IMG/VR virus record: IMGVR_UViG_3300031473_000005
Location: 1-32,097 of that record
DNA length: 32,097 nucleotides
Direction: 5' to 3' (one strand)
Source: a virus
Taxonomy: Duplodnaviria > Caudoviricetes
Made by a program: the position numbers and the translations under genes. Positions 1-8,743 of the stretch are shown here, piece by piece. The notes beneath the pieces were generated by a model that was not told where the DNA came from, made no database searches, and saw only the letters and a program-made list of their open reading frames with translations. Within the stretch, counting starts at the first letter, position 1. Every line of letters begins with the position of its first letter.

Positions 1-1
1 C

Positions 2-919
2 GATGTCCTCCTAGCGCATGGTGCCGACGCGCTCAAGTCCTGTGTTGCCTCCGCCCTGCCTTACCCCATCGAGGGCATTGTGGACCCGCAAGAACTCCGG
101 GTGGCGTATGACAACCACTACGCCGTAGGACGCCAGCCTGGTGCCTCGACCGGTTGGTCAAACCTCGACGTGCTCTACACCGTCAAAGAGGGCCAGATGA
201 CGATTGTGACGGGCATTCCGGGTTCCGGGAAATCGACGTTCCTCGATGCGATGATCATCAATCTGGCACAGCGGCAGGGATGGTCATTCGCCGTCTACAG
301 CCCAGAGAACTATCCACCGCATGACCACTACGGTCGACTGGCGACGACCTACATCGGCGCGCCGTTTCTCGATGGGCCAACACCACGCATGTCTCTCGCA
401 GACACAGACGCGGCCTTTGGGTTCCTGACTGACCACTACATCCAACTCAATCCAGCCGATCCGACCATCGACCGGGTGCTCGAACTGGCGGCGATCGAAG
501 TTTTTCGCCACGGTGTCCGCGGCATCGTGATCGACCCGTGGAATGAACTCGCGTATAGCCGACCGGCTGGCCTGACTGAGACGGAGTACATCTCACTCGT
601 CCTCACGAGGATACGGACCTTTGCCCGCGAACGAGGCGTTCACGTCTGGGTGGTTGCCCACCCGACGAAGCTCGTCAAAGAGGTGGAATCGAAGCAATAC
701 CCAGTGGTCAGTCCATATGACATCAGCGGTAGCGCCCACTGGTTCTCGAAAGCGGACGCCATTCTCTCGGTTTGGCGAGACAAACTCGACGAGGACAAGC
801 CCGTCTCGATTCATGTGCAGAAAATCCGATTCCGTGAGATCGGGAAGATTGGGGAGGCCCATCTGTATTTCGACACGGTGACGAGTCGCTACCGAGAGTT
901 TCGTGTGGGGAGTTCTTGA
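2..919 (+). CDS. Twinkle/T7 gp4-like SF4 (DnaB-family) primase-helicase, 5'-truncated by the window edge
   Basis: Frame is open from position 2 (DVLLAHGADALK...PYPIEGI, like the TOPRIM-helicase linker). Walker A GIPGSGKST, Walker B IVIDPWN, and VHVWVVAHPTK, YDISGSAHW, VQKIRF motifs. Confidence 0.9.
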   Translation, partial: DVLLAHGADALKSCVASALPYPIEGIVDPQELRVAYDNHYAVGRQPGASTGWSNLDVLYTVKEGQMTIVTGIPGSGKSTFLDAMIINLAQRQGWSFAVYSPENYPPHDHYGRLATTYIGAPFLDGPTPRMSLADTDAAFGFLTDHYIQLNPADPTIDRVLELAAIEVFRHGVRGIVIDPWNELAYSRPAGLTETEYISLVLTRIRTFARERGVHVWVVAHPTKLVKEVESKQYPVVSPYDISGSAHWFSKADAILSVWRDKLDEDKPVSIHVQKIRFREIGKIGEAHLYFDTVTSRYREFRVGSS

Positions 920-920
920 C

Positions 921-1331
921 ATGGCCCGTTCGTCGAAGTTTCTCGACATCGAGGGATTGGTCAATCCAGAGTGGCTGGTCGAGAAGGTCATGGACCTCTA
1001 TGACCACCCGCTCGGTGGAATCTTTGACGTGCTTGATTACGCCCAGCATGCCGCGAGGGAAAGAGGGGATGAGTGTGTGGTGATGCAAGCGAAAGACGCC
1101 TTCACTCGACTCGCCGAGCACATCGAACAAGCATTCAACTATCGCTATCAGGACGGGTTCAACGCCAACTTGTCGCATGTCGTTGACCTGCTGACCGTCG
1201 AGGAAGAAGCGGCAACGGCCCGCGGCGAGGTCTTCGATGCGGCGCTGCTGGCCCTGGCCCGAGAGGCGGTACTACGGGTGGCAATGGGGGCGCGGGTGGA
1301 AGAAACGCCGGAGCATGGGGAGGCCGCGTGA
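921..1331 (+). CDS. hypothetical phage protein
   Basis: ATG 1 nt after the helicase stop, GGGAG upstream, stop overlaps the next GTG. Confidence 0.7.
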   Translation: MARSSKFLDIEGLVNPEWLVEKVMDLYDHPLGGIFDVLDYAQHAARERGDECVVMQAKDAFTRLAEHIEQAFNYRYQDGFNANLSHVVDLLTVEEEAATARGEVFDAALLALAREAVLRVAMGARVEETPEHGEAA

Positions 1332-1528
1332 TGACATTCAACCCCAAGAGCGGCGACCTGATGCCGCAGAAACCGAAGCGGCGACCACCGGACAAACGGA
1401 CCCCCGAGGAAGCGTTACGGGACCTGGCGCTACTGCTGGACCCACCACCGCCAGCCGGCACGTTGCGGTATCGGTTGTGGCTGAAGCGACGAAAGGGGGT
1501 GGCTGATGGCGAGCCGAGGGCCCTATGA
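1328..1528 (+). CDS. small basic hypothetical protein
   Basis: GTGA overlap with previous gene, GGGGAGG SD. Confidence 0.55.
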   Translation: MMTFNPKSGDLMPQKPKRRPPDKRTPEEALRDLALLLDPPPPAGTLRYRLWLKRRKGVADGEPRAL

Positions 1529-1751
1529 GGTCCTTGCCGATGGCGACCTTCTCGACGCATTCCGTCGGCCGGACCATGCTCGAAGTCACGCGCGGCGCAT
1601 CTATGACGGACGGTGTGACATCGAAGTGATTGACCGTCGTGACGGGTCGCTCGTGTGGTCATCCGTCACTGACCTGGGCGAGCGATCGTGGTGGAGCGGA
1701 TGCGCCGACCCCAACGTTGACCCTGACGATGATGGTGATGAGGACGAATGA
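1506..1751 (+). CDS. hypothetical protein with acidic C-terminal tail
   Basis: AAGGGGG SD, ATGA overlap with next gene. Confidence 0.6.
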   Translation: MASRGPYEVLADGDLLDAFRRPDHARSHARRIYDGRCDIEVIDRRDGSLVWSSVTDLGERSWWSGCADPNVDPDDDGDEDE

Positions 1752-1999
1752 TGACCACGAACCGGCCCGACTGGCGAAAGCTCCTGGAGTTTGTCACCTA
1801 CTACGAACCCGTCAACGATACCTGGGTCTGCCAGGCGGTCCTGCGACACGACAAGGGGCGGCGGGTGGTGCTGATCGTGTCTCAGAGATCGCCAGAGTCA
1901 TCTCAGCGGATCATCGTGGGCACGGCGAAACAGTTGACATGGTGCCGCGAAGGCACCGGCAAGGCGGCACGGTGGTTGCCTGTTGTGGAGGGAGAGTGA
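1748..1999 (+). CDS. hypothetical protein
   Basis: ATGA coupling, GAGGA SD. Confidence 0.65.
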   Translation: MMTTNRPDWRKLLEFVTYYEPVNDTWVCQAVLRHDKGRRVVLIVSQRSPESSQRIIVGTAKQLTWCREGTGKAARWLPVVEGE

Positions 2000-2244
2000 T
2001 GACGATCAAACTCGGAGATTTTGTGAAGACCGTTGACGATACCGGGGCCGTCTGCCGTGGTGACGTGATGATGGTCTCGACTGATGAGCCACTGGACGCG
2101 GATCGCTACCTCGTCTGCTTTCCAGCCGGTCGGGCCACGATCAATGATTACGATGCGCGGGTGTGGCTCCCGGCGTCGCGGTTGATGAAGCTTCCGAAGC
2201 GGCTGCATCCCCTGGCGCGGTCAGCAGGCGGTGTTGAGCGATGA
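1999..2244 (+). CDS. hypothetical protein (small beta-rich, possibly SH3-like)
   Basis: 3' part of track ORF 1630..2244; TGATG coupling and GGAGGGAG SD place the start at 1999 (MTIKLGDFVKTV...). Confidence 0.6.
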   Translation: MTIKLGDFVKTVDDTGAVCRGDVMMVSTDEPLDADRYLVCFPAGRATINDYDARVWLPASRLMKLPKRLHPLARSAGGVER

Positions 2245-2615
2245 GGAACACCATGACCCTGGAAGAACGTGAGCGTTGGGGCCAAATGGTTCGTGCGGAA
2301 TGGGTTGTCTACTGTCGAGCAACCGGCGACACGAAGCCCTCCCATCTCATGCCGTGGGAAGGCATCAGTGACTGGGGTCAGGAGGCTGACCGGCGCATCG
2401 GTACCGCCGTTGCTCTTGCCGCCGTCGAGGCTGAGCGAGAACGGGTGCGGGTGCTGATTGATTCCGCGCAACGTGTGGTCGGCCGAGGTTTTACGGGTGC
2501 TCAGGGGCGCATCTTTTGTGTTCCAGATCATGAGATGAATGGACTTCGCGGGGCCCTCGACGCGATCACCGCGTCAGCGGACCAGGCGGAGACGACGACG
2601 AATGGGGGCGAATGA
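2241..2615 (+). CDS. hypothetical protein, weak RyR-repeat-like motif
   Basis: ATGA coupling; KPSHLMPWEGISDWGQEADRR resembles the P-x-L-x-P-W...DR motif. Confidence 0.65.
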   Translation: MRNTMTLEERERWGQMVRAEWVVYCRATGDTKPSHLMPWEGISDWGQEADRRIGTAVALAAVEAERERVRVLIDSAQRVVGRGFTGAQGRIFCVPDHEMNGLRGALDAITASADQAETTTNGGE

Positions 2616-2824
2616 TGGCGAGTGAGCAGGAAGTAGAGACGACCACGACGGGACCATCTATCGTCTGCACCGGATGCGGACACCCGAAGAACCTCGCCGT
2701 GTTCATGGGGACCTACTTCTGCCCGGCGTGCATTGCGTCGCTGCAACAGTCAGGACTTGGAGATGAGGTAGATGATGCCGCTCAGGCTGAGGCGAGGCGA
2801 AAGGTGCGTGAGTCATGGCTGTGA
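2612..2824 (+). CDS. small CxxC-CxxC zinc-finger protein
   Basis: CTGC...CPAC; ATGA coupling. Confidence 0.6.
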   Translation: MMASEQEVETTTTGPSIVCTGCGHPKNLAVFMGTYFCPACIASLQQSGLGDEVDDAAQAEARRKVRESWL

Positions 2825-3237
2825 TGGCGACGCGATTGACCATAACTATTCCTGGCCCGGTGCCACGGGAACTCTCGCCCAACGCGAGTTGGAATGTGCC
2901 AAAGGGGATGAAGAATCGGCTCAAGGACGAGATGGCCAAGTCGTGGTACTTCAGCGCACTCGCCGCCGCATGGGACGGAGAAACGTATGCAACGACGGAA
3001 TCTCCGTTGATGCCCGATGGCCCGGTGCGTTGTCAGCTCACCTACTACCGCCCCAAGAGGGGGAAGGAGTGGGACGGGGACAATCTTCTGAGCACCGCAA
3101 AATTTGGGCTTGACCAGCTCCAGCAAGCGGGCATCGTAGCGAATGATCGCCAGTTGAAACATCAGCCGGTGCGTTTCGGTAAAGACCCGGCAGGCGTCGG
3201 GTATCTCGTGGTGGAACTGGAGGGGGAGACGACATGA
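2815..3237 (+). CDS. rusA: RusA-like Holliday junction resolvase (true start may be 2821 or 2824)
   Basis: LSPN near the N-terminus and DGDNL...K..LD.L..AGIVAND catalytic pattern; lies downstream of replication genes. Confidence 0.8.
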   Translation: MAVMATRLTITIPGPVPRELSPNASWNVPKGMKNRLKDEMAKSWYFSALAAAWDGETYATTESPLMPDGPVRCQLTYYRPKRGKEWDGDNLLSTAKFGLDQLQQAGIVANDRQLKHQPVRFGKDPAGVGYLVVELEGETT

Positions 3238-3461
3238 CCGACATGACCGACGATGACAAACGAGAGCTCACGTCCCTCCGCGACCGGGCGGCGATGTCTC
3301 GCCGGAGCGCAAGTTTGCTGGCCCTGCTACTGCGAGACATGGTTGTGCCTCATGCAATCGATGAAGTGAGAGCCAACCTCATCTACACAGAAGGCCGGGC
3401 GGATCGGCTCACAGCGCGGGCCGATCAGTTGGAGTCTGCGATGAAAGGGGAAACGCCATGA
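3234..3461 (+). CDS. hypothetical helical protein
   Basis: ATGA coupling, GGAGGGGGAG SD. Confidence 0.65.
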   Translation: MTDMTDDDKRELTSLRDRAAMSRRSASLLALLLRDMVVPHAIDEVRANLIYTEGRADRLTARADQLESAMKGETP

Positions 3462-3760
3462 CCGACACGGCGACGACGGACACGACGTTTATGCGCCGGG
3501 TCGAATCGGAGAGAGCCCACCAGCAAAGGCAATGGGGTGACGGCCACGACGACACGCACACATCGGCGGACTGGGGGCTGATCGTCCTGCGCTATGCCGG
3601 GAGGTTGGCAGAGACGCTGGAGCACTACCCGAAGAACTATCGCATTCAGGGGGCATCGTTTGACTCACTGGAAGGCACACGAGACGCGGCGGTCAAGCTG
3701 GCAGCGGTCTGTGCTGCGATCAGTGACCGGATTGACCGGGCGTTGAAGGAGACGACATGA
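3458..3760 (+). CDS. MazG-like all-alpha NTP pyrophosphohydrolase-family protein
   Basis: ERAHQQRQWG...W..IV...G.LA...RDAAVKLAAVCAA matches the phage ER.RQ..KWG...L.Q.AAV.VA pattern; the usual acidic metal ligands look degenerate. Confidence 0.55.
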   Translation: MTDTATTDTTFMRRVESERAHQQRQWGDGHDDTHTSADWGLIVLRYAGRLAETLEHYPKNYRIQGASFDSLEGTRDAAVKLAAVCAAISDRIDRALKETT

Positions 3761-3984
3761 CCGACACCGCGACACTCTATACCGGACCGCTTGCTGAAGT
3801 GCGGGCAGCCTTCGAATCACTGGTCCTCACCCGAGACCAGCACATGCACAGGCAGCGCAATGACGACAGCGACGATGACGATGACTTCGTCATTGCGCTT
3901 GAGGATCGGCTGGATACGTGCTGGCAGCGATGGGACGCGGCACTGATTGACGTGGAGCGGCGACTGATGGAGGTAGGGTCGTGA
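3757..3984 (+). CDS. hypothetical acidic protein
   Basis: ATGA coupling, AAGGAG SD. Confidence 0.65.
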   Translation: MTDTATLYTGPLAEVRAAFESLVLTRDQHMHRQRNDDSDDDDDFVIALEDRLDTCWQRWDAALIDVERRLMEVGS

Positions 3985-4298
3985 GCACCGACACCGCGAC
4001 GACAGAAACGGACCTGGGGAAAGTGCTCCGGGATCAAATGTTTCGTAAGTATCGGGACGTTGAGCATGACCCGGACTACGTGAAGTGGGAGGACATTGAC
4101 GGCGATATTCGCGCTGAGTATGTGGCTGGAGCCGCCGCCGTCCGGGCCGAGGTCGAGCGGGAGTTGGTGGGGCGGGTGGAGCGACTGGCGAACAACGAAT
4201 ACATGACGGTCGCCCCGATGGGATACGTGAACGGTGTCTCTGCTGCCCTCGCCGCGCTGAAGGGCCAGGATGAGACAAACGAGGCGATACCCGAGTGA
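3981..4298 (+). CDS. hypothetical protein
   Basis: GTGA coupling, GGAGGT SD. Confidence 0.65.
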   Translation: MSTDTATTETDLGKVLRDQMFRKYRDVEHDPDYVKWEDIDGDIRAEYVAGAAAVRAEVERELVGRVERLANNEYMTVAPMGYVNGVSAALAALKGQDETNEAIPE

Positions 4299-4501
4299 CC
4301 CCGCTCCCCTGCCATCCCACCTGCGGCACCGACACCCACCGCACCATCCTCGGCGACATCGACGACCGGGGCACGCTGCATCCGCGCTCCGGCGTCGAGG
4401 TGCGGTTCGTTCCGCGCTTTCGCAAGACGGTGCTCGTTTGTCCAGCGTGCGATCGGTGGGTGGAGTGGCTGGGTTTGGTTCAGGTGCGGGCTGCGGCATG
4501 A
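4295..4501 (+). CDS. small zinc-ribbon protein (CxxxC...CxxC), possibly Com-like
   Basis: CHPTC...VLVCPAC; GTGA coupling; last gene before the terminase leader. Confidence 0.6.
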   Translation: MTPLPCHPTCGTDTHRTILGDIDDRGTLHPRSGVEVRFVPRFRKTVLVCPACDRWVEWLGLVQVRAAA

Positions 4502-4503
4502 TG

Positions 4504-4509
4504 TAAGAT
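4504..4509 (+). promoter_or_regulatory. candidate -10 box (TAAGAT) for the terminase operon
   Basis: AT-rich patch just after the 4501 stop; no convincing -35. Confidence 0.4.
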
Positions 4510-4535
4510 AGAGCAAGAATCAAGGTGTAGAGGGC

Positions 4536-4585
4536 ACGGCCCCCGTCGACGCGCGAGTAGCGCATCGGTTGGGGTCGTTTTCGTT
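4536..4585 (+). terminator. long interrupted hairpin with U-tract (terminator or attenuator, leader element 1)
   Basis: ACGGCCCC-C-GTCGA-C-GCGC [GAGTA] GCGC-A-TCGGT-T-GGGGTCGT, followed by TTTCGTT. Confidence 0.7.
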
Positions 4586-4650
4586 GCCACGAAGACTGTT
4601 TCAAGTGTCCGATTTGTCGACATTCCGTCCGATTCTGAAGGGCGCCGATC

Positions 4651-5073
4651 TTGGCCAATCGCACAATCCGCACACCAGAAAAAGGGGATCGGCTCATTCG
4701 CCAGTTTGAGCTCGGCAAGAGCGTGTCGGCTGCCTGTCGGGCGGAACGCATTGGTCGTCGCACCTACTACGACTGGCGCACAGAGGATCCTGACTTCGCC
4801 GCCCGTGCTGATGCCGCCATCGAGGCCGGGACCGATCGACTAGAGGATCAACTCTTCGTTCGCGCCGCCAAAAACGACACCACCGCGGCGATCTTCCTGC
4901 TCAAGGCGCGTCGCCCGGACAAGTACCGCGAGACGGTCCGGAGGGAGCTCACGGGTGCGGATGGCGGACCGATTCAACACGAGTACCGCGATCTCAGCGT
5001 CTTCGACGATGATGAGCTGGCCTCCCTTCGCTCCCTCAAGCGCAAACAGCTTGCGGCGCGTGGCGCCCGCTGA
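4651..5073 (+). CDS. terS: terminase small subunit
   Basis: N-terminal HTH (SVSAACRAERIGRRTYYDWR), AAIFLLKARRPDKYRE, ELTGADGGPI tail; directly upstream of TerL; TTG start. Confidence 0.88.
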   Translation: MANRTIRTPEKGDRLIRQFELGKSVSAACRAERIGRRTYYDWRTEDPDFAARADAAIEAGTDRLEDQLFVRAAKNDTTAAIFLLKARRPDKYRETVRRELTGADGGPIQHEYRDLSVFDDDELASLRSLKRKQLAARGAR

Positions 5074-6560
5074 TGGTGGCGCAGACCGTCCTCGACGACT
5101 ACTCACTCGTTGAGCTCGACGCCGAGGCGGCACGCCGTGCCCGGACCTGGTTTGCCTGGCTGAACGCGGTTTACCCCGAGCATGTCGCCGATGGCTTCGC
5201 GCCCTTCCACGCCGAGTTCTGGGATTGGGTCTGGGCGATTGAGGCGGACACGCGGTCCCGGCCCTTCGTCGCCATCTGGCCGCGTGGCTGGGGCAAGAGC
5301 ACGAGCGCTGAGCTGGCCTGTGCGGCCGTCGCGGCACGCGGCACCCGCCGCTATGTTCTCTTCGTCTCGGAGACGCAGGAGCAGGCGGACGACCATGTGA
5401 GCAACGTCGCGGCCATGCTGGAGTCCGACACCCTCGCGGCTCTGGCGCCGACAGTGGCTGAGCGCCGACTCGGCAAGCACGGCAACGCCCGTGGATGGCG
5501 CCGCAACCGGTTGACGACGGCGAGCGGCTTCACCCTCGACGCGATCGGACTCGACACCGCCGCCCGTGGCGTCAAGATGGACGCGGCGCGGCCGGACCTG
5601 ATGATCTTCGACGACCTCGACGGGAAGATGGATAGCCCGGCGACGACCGAGCGGAAGATCACGACGCTCACCCACACCCTGATCCCGGCAGGGTCCGATG
5701 CTCCCGCCGTCCTCGCCGTCCAGAACCTCGTGCTGCCTGATGGCATCTTCGCCCGGCTCGCGGACGGACGCGCGGAGTTCCTGGCAGACCGCACCGTGTC
5801 CGGTCCGCACCCTGCCATTACCGGATTGACGCATGAGCAACGTGAAGGCCGGACGGTCCTGACCGGCGGCGAGCCAACCTGGGCGGCGATGGGGCTCGAT
5901 GTCTGCCAGGCCAAGATCGACGAGATGGGAATCACCGCCTTTCGAGCCGAGTGCCAGCACGATGTCGAGGCACCCGCCGGCGGGATGTTCGATCACCTGG
6001 AGTTTCGGCATTGCACCTGGTCCGAGCTGCCCGATTTGGTCCGCACCGTCGTTTGGGTCGATCCCGCCGTCACCGACACCGATCAGAGCGACAGCCACGG
6101 GATCCAGGCGGACGGTCTGGCGCCGGATGGCACGATCTACCGTCTCTGGTCCTGGGAACACCGCACAACCCCCATGGACAGCCTGCAACGCGCCATCCTC
6201 AAGGCGGTCGAGATCGGCGCGGAGGCGGTCGGCGTCGAGACGGACCAGGGCGGCGATACCTGGGAGTCGACCTACCGCGAGGCGGCGCGGCCGCTGATCG
6301 AGGCGGGGCGCATCACCGCGGCGCCGGCATTCCGAAGCGCCAAAGCGGGCAGCGGCCATGGGCCAAAGGCGCACCGGGCGGGCAAGATGCTGGCTGTCTA
6401 CGAGCGGGGTGGCTTCGTCCACGTCATCGGCACCCACGAGACGCTTGAGCGGGCGCTGCGGCGCTTCCCGCGCACGAAGCCCTTCGATGTGGTCGACGCT
6501 GCTTACTGGTCGTTCGTGGACCTGGCAGGGGTCGGCGTGGCGAAAGCGAGGGTGTGGTAA
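5073..6560 (+). CDS. terL: terminase large subunit
   Basis: Walker A PRGWGKST, Walker B LMIFDD, RNase H-like nuclease motifs WVDPA and DVVDA. Confidence 0.92.
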   Translation: MVAQTVLDDYSLVELDAEAARRARTWFAWLNAVYPEHVADGFAPFHAEFWDWVWAIEADTRSRPFVAIWPRGWGKSTSAELACAAVAARGTRRYVLFVSETQEQADDHVSNVAAMLESDTLAALAPTVAERRLGKHGNARGWRRNRLTTASGFTLDAIGLDTAARGVKMDAARPDLMIFDDLDGKMDSPATTERKITTLTHTLIPAGSDAPAVLAVQNLVLPDGIFARLADGRAEFLADRTVSGPHPAITGLTHEQREGRTVLTGGEPTWAAMGLDVCQAKIDEMGITAFRAECQHDVEAPAGGMFDHLEFRHCTWSELPDLVRTVVWVDPAVTDTDQSDSHGIQADGLAPDGTIYRLWSWEHRTTPMDSLQRAILKAVEIGAEAVGVETDQGGDTWESTYREAARPLIEAGRITAAPAFRSAKAGSGHGPKAHRAGKMLAVYERGGFVHVIGTHETLERALRRFPRTKPFDVVDAAYWSFVDLAGVGVAKARVW

Positions 6561-8743
6561 TGAAACTCCTCGAAACCCTGGGCTTTCGTGATACCAGGCA
6601 GGACCTCGACACCCGGATCGACTCCAGCGCCCGGCACGTCCGGTCACTCGGCGATACGGTTGCTCCGGGGTGGAGTGGAAAGCCAACGTGGCCGGTTGAT
6701 TCGATTCCGGTGCTGACAACTCAGGGCTATCGGAAGTGCGTCACCGCGTTCGCCTGTATTAACATCATCGCCGCCGCCGTTGCCGAGACGAAGGCGACGT
6801 TGCGGGTCTACCAGGACCAGGGTGAAGGGAAGCGCGACGAGCTCCTCGATCATCCGGTCCGCGCCCTGATGCAGCGCCCCAACCCGACCAAAAGCGAGGG
6901 CGAGTTCCTGTCGTTGATGGTCCGCCTCGCCGCCATCTCCGGCTTCTGTGCTGTGGAGAAGGTGCGCTCCCAGGCCGGTCGCGTCGTCGAGCTCTGGCAT
7001 CTGCGATCCGATCGAATAAAACCGGTCCTCCACGACCAAGCACCGCCGTCCTGGCAGTACACGGTGCCCGGTCATCCCCAGAGCCCGTTCACGATTCCCG
7101 CTGAGGATGTCGCCCTCTTCACCTACATGGACGACGTCGACCTCTCGATCACGGGAGATACACCACTGCGGGCCATCCTCCGCGAGGCGGGCATCCTCCA
7201 TAGCCTCACCGACTTCATCAAGCTCCTCTTAGAGCGCGGTGGCATCCCGCCCTTCGTTCTGGTGGTGGACACGCCGACACCGACCAGTGATAACGGGATC
7301 TCGCAGCCGAGGGCAGCACTCTCGCCGGAAGAGGTGGAGTACATCCGAGAGCAGATGCGACAGCGCTACGGGGGCTACCAGAATTGGACCGGGCCCGCGG
7401 TGCTCGAAGGGGCTCGCATCGAGCGGGTCGGTCTCGATCTCAACGAGCTGGCACATAAGGACTTGCGGGATGTGATCGACCTCTCGGTCTGCTCTGCCTT
7501 CCGGGTGCCGCCAATCCTCGTCCAGGTGCTGGCCGGGATCGAGACGAGCTACGGGCTGGCGTTCGAGCAGAGCATGCGGGCACTCCAGCTCTACACCGCG
7601 GAGCCGTTGCGCGATCGGATCGACGGCGCCCTCTCCCGCTCGCTGCTGCCGGAGATCGATCCGCGCCCGAACGTCTCGCTGGAGTTCGACACGAGCCGCG
7701 TGGAGGCGCTCCAGGAGAACGCCGACGCCGTCCACAACCGGGCGCGGGCCGACTTCACCGCGGGTGGTATGACCCTCAACGACTTCCGGCGCCGCATCGG
7801 CGAGGACGCGATCGGGGGCGACCTCGGCAACAGTCTCTTCCTGCCGTTCAGCGTGGTACCGACGCTGGCCACGGGTGGGGCGCTGCCGAGTGAGGAGGGT
7901 CGGTCGGGGGTGCGGGCGATCGCGTCACGAACAGCCGGACCCGAGCAGACGCGCGCGGCCATCGGTGCCAGCAACAAGGCCACGATCGTCCGCCTGGGCA
8001 ATCGCTACGCGCCACCGCTGCGAGCGTTCTGGAAGAGCCAAGGTCAGCGCATTGTTGAGGCGGCGAAACGGAGTGCCCGGGAGTCGATCATTCATCGCAA
8101 TGCCGATGGCCGGCCGTTCGTTGTTGGTTTTGGGAATGCCCCAACGCATGCCGAGTCGCGCGCCATGGAAGACATCGACTGGGAGGATGAGCTACGCCTG
8201 CTGAGCGAGACCCTCGTTAAACTGCACAGTGGCGTTGGGGCGGCCGCGTGGCAGGCAGCTTCTGCACAGCTCGGCATTGAGCTGGACTGGTCGCTCGCCA
8301 ACCCCAACGTCCGGTCGGTGCTTAATCAGCTGGCCGGCCAGATCAAGGCTATCGACGCCACGACCCGGACGGACGTGCAGCGCATTGTCGGCGAATCGCT
8401 CGACGAGGGCGTGACGCTCGACGAGCTGGCCGATCGGCTGACGGGTCTGTTTGAGGAGAGCTATCACGGGCGGGCGTTGACCGTCGCGCGTTCCGAGAGC
8501 CAGATTGCCTTTAACTTGGCCAGCGCAGCCGGGTACAAAGAGACCGGTCAAGTGGCAGAGGTTCTCCTGTACGACAATCCCGACCACGGCGATTACGACG
8601 GCGATGAGGATGGACTCACATGTCAACAGAGAGATGGCATGGTTGTCGCGCTTGACCAGGTGTCCGTCCACGCCAACGGCACCCACCCGAACTGTTCGCT
8701 GTCGATCGCGCCTATTTTGGCGAAACCGTTGGGAGAGGAGTAG
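6560..8743 (+). CDS. HK97-type portal protein fused to a Mu gpF/SPP1 gp7-like head morphogenesis domain
   Basis: Portal motifs (FACINIIA, HPVRALMQRPNP, CSAFRVPP, GGMTLNDFRRRIG) then GVTLDELADRL...RALTVARSE...HPNC; TAATG coupling to TerL. Confidence 0.88.
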   Translation: MKLLETLGFRDTRQDLDTRIDSSARHVRSLGDTVAPGWSGKPTWPVDSIPVLTTQGYRKCVTAFACINIIAAAVAETKATLRVYQDQGEGKRDELLDHPVRALMQRPNPTKSEGEFLSLMVRLAAISGFCAVEKVRSQAGRVVELWHLRSDRIKPVLHDQAPPSWQYTVPGHPQSPFTIPAEDVALFTYMDDVDLSITGDTPLRAILREAGILHSLTDFIKLLLERGGIPPFVLVVDTPTPTSDNGISQPRAALSPEEVEYIREQMRQRYGGYQNWTGPAVLEGARIERVGLDLNELAHKDLRDVIDLSVCSAFRVPPILVQVLAGIETSYGLAFEQSMRALQLYTAEPLRDRIDGALSRSLLPEIDPRPNVSLEFDTSRVEALQENADAVHNRARADFTAGGMTLNDFRRRIGEDAIGGDLGNSLFLPFSVVPTLATGGALPSEEGRSGVRAIASRTAGPEQTRAAIGASNKATIVRLGNRYAPPLRAFWKSQGQRIVEAAKRSARESIIHRNADGRPFVVGFGNAPTHAESRAMEDIDWEDELRLLSETLVKLHSGVGAAAWQAASAQLGIELDWSLANPNVRSVLNQLAGQIKAIDATTRTDVQRIVGESLDEGVTLDELADRLTGLFEESYHGRALTVARSESQIAFNLASAAGYKETGQVAEVLLYDNPDHGDYDGDEDGLTCQQRDGMVVALDQVSVHANGTHPNCSLSIAPILAKPLGEE

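Larger units (their letters stand above)
3225..4008 (+). repeat. repeated gene-junction sequence GGAGACGAC-ATG-ACCGACA
   Basis: Exact 19-mer at 3225-3243 and 3748-3766; degenerate copies near 3449-3474 and 3987-4003. Confidence 0.75.

Noticed and set aside
3225-4008. CRISPR array or integron cassette array
   Set aside because: Repeats are short, overlap SD/start codons and are separated by whole genes; no attC-like palindromes, cas genes or integrase
3777-4763. 328-aa minus-strand ORF
   Set aside because: Overlaps several well-coupled + strand genes and a structured leader; Arg/Ser-rich with no motifs
5103-6719. 538-aa minus-strand ORF
   Set aside because: Antisense shadow of TerL in high-GC DNA; no motifs
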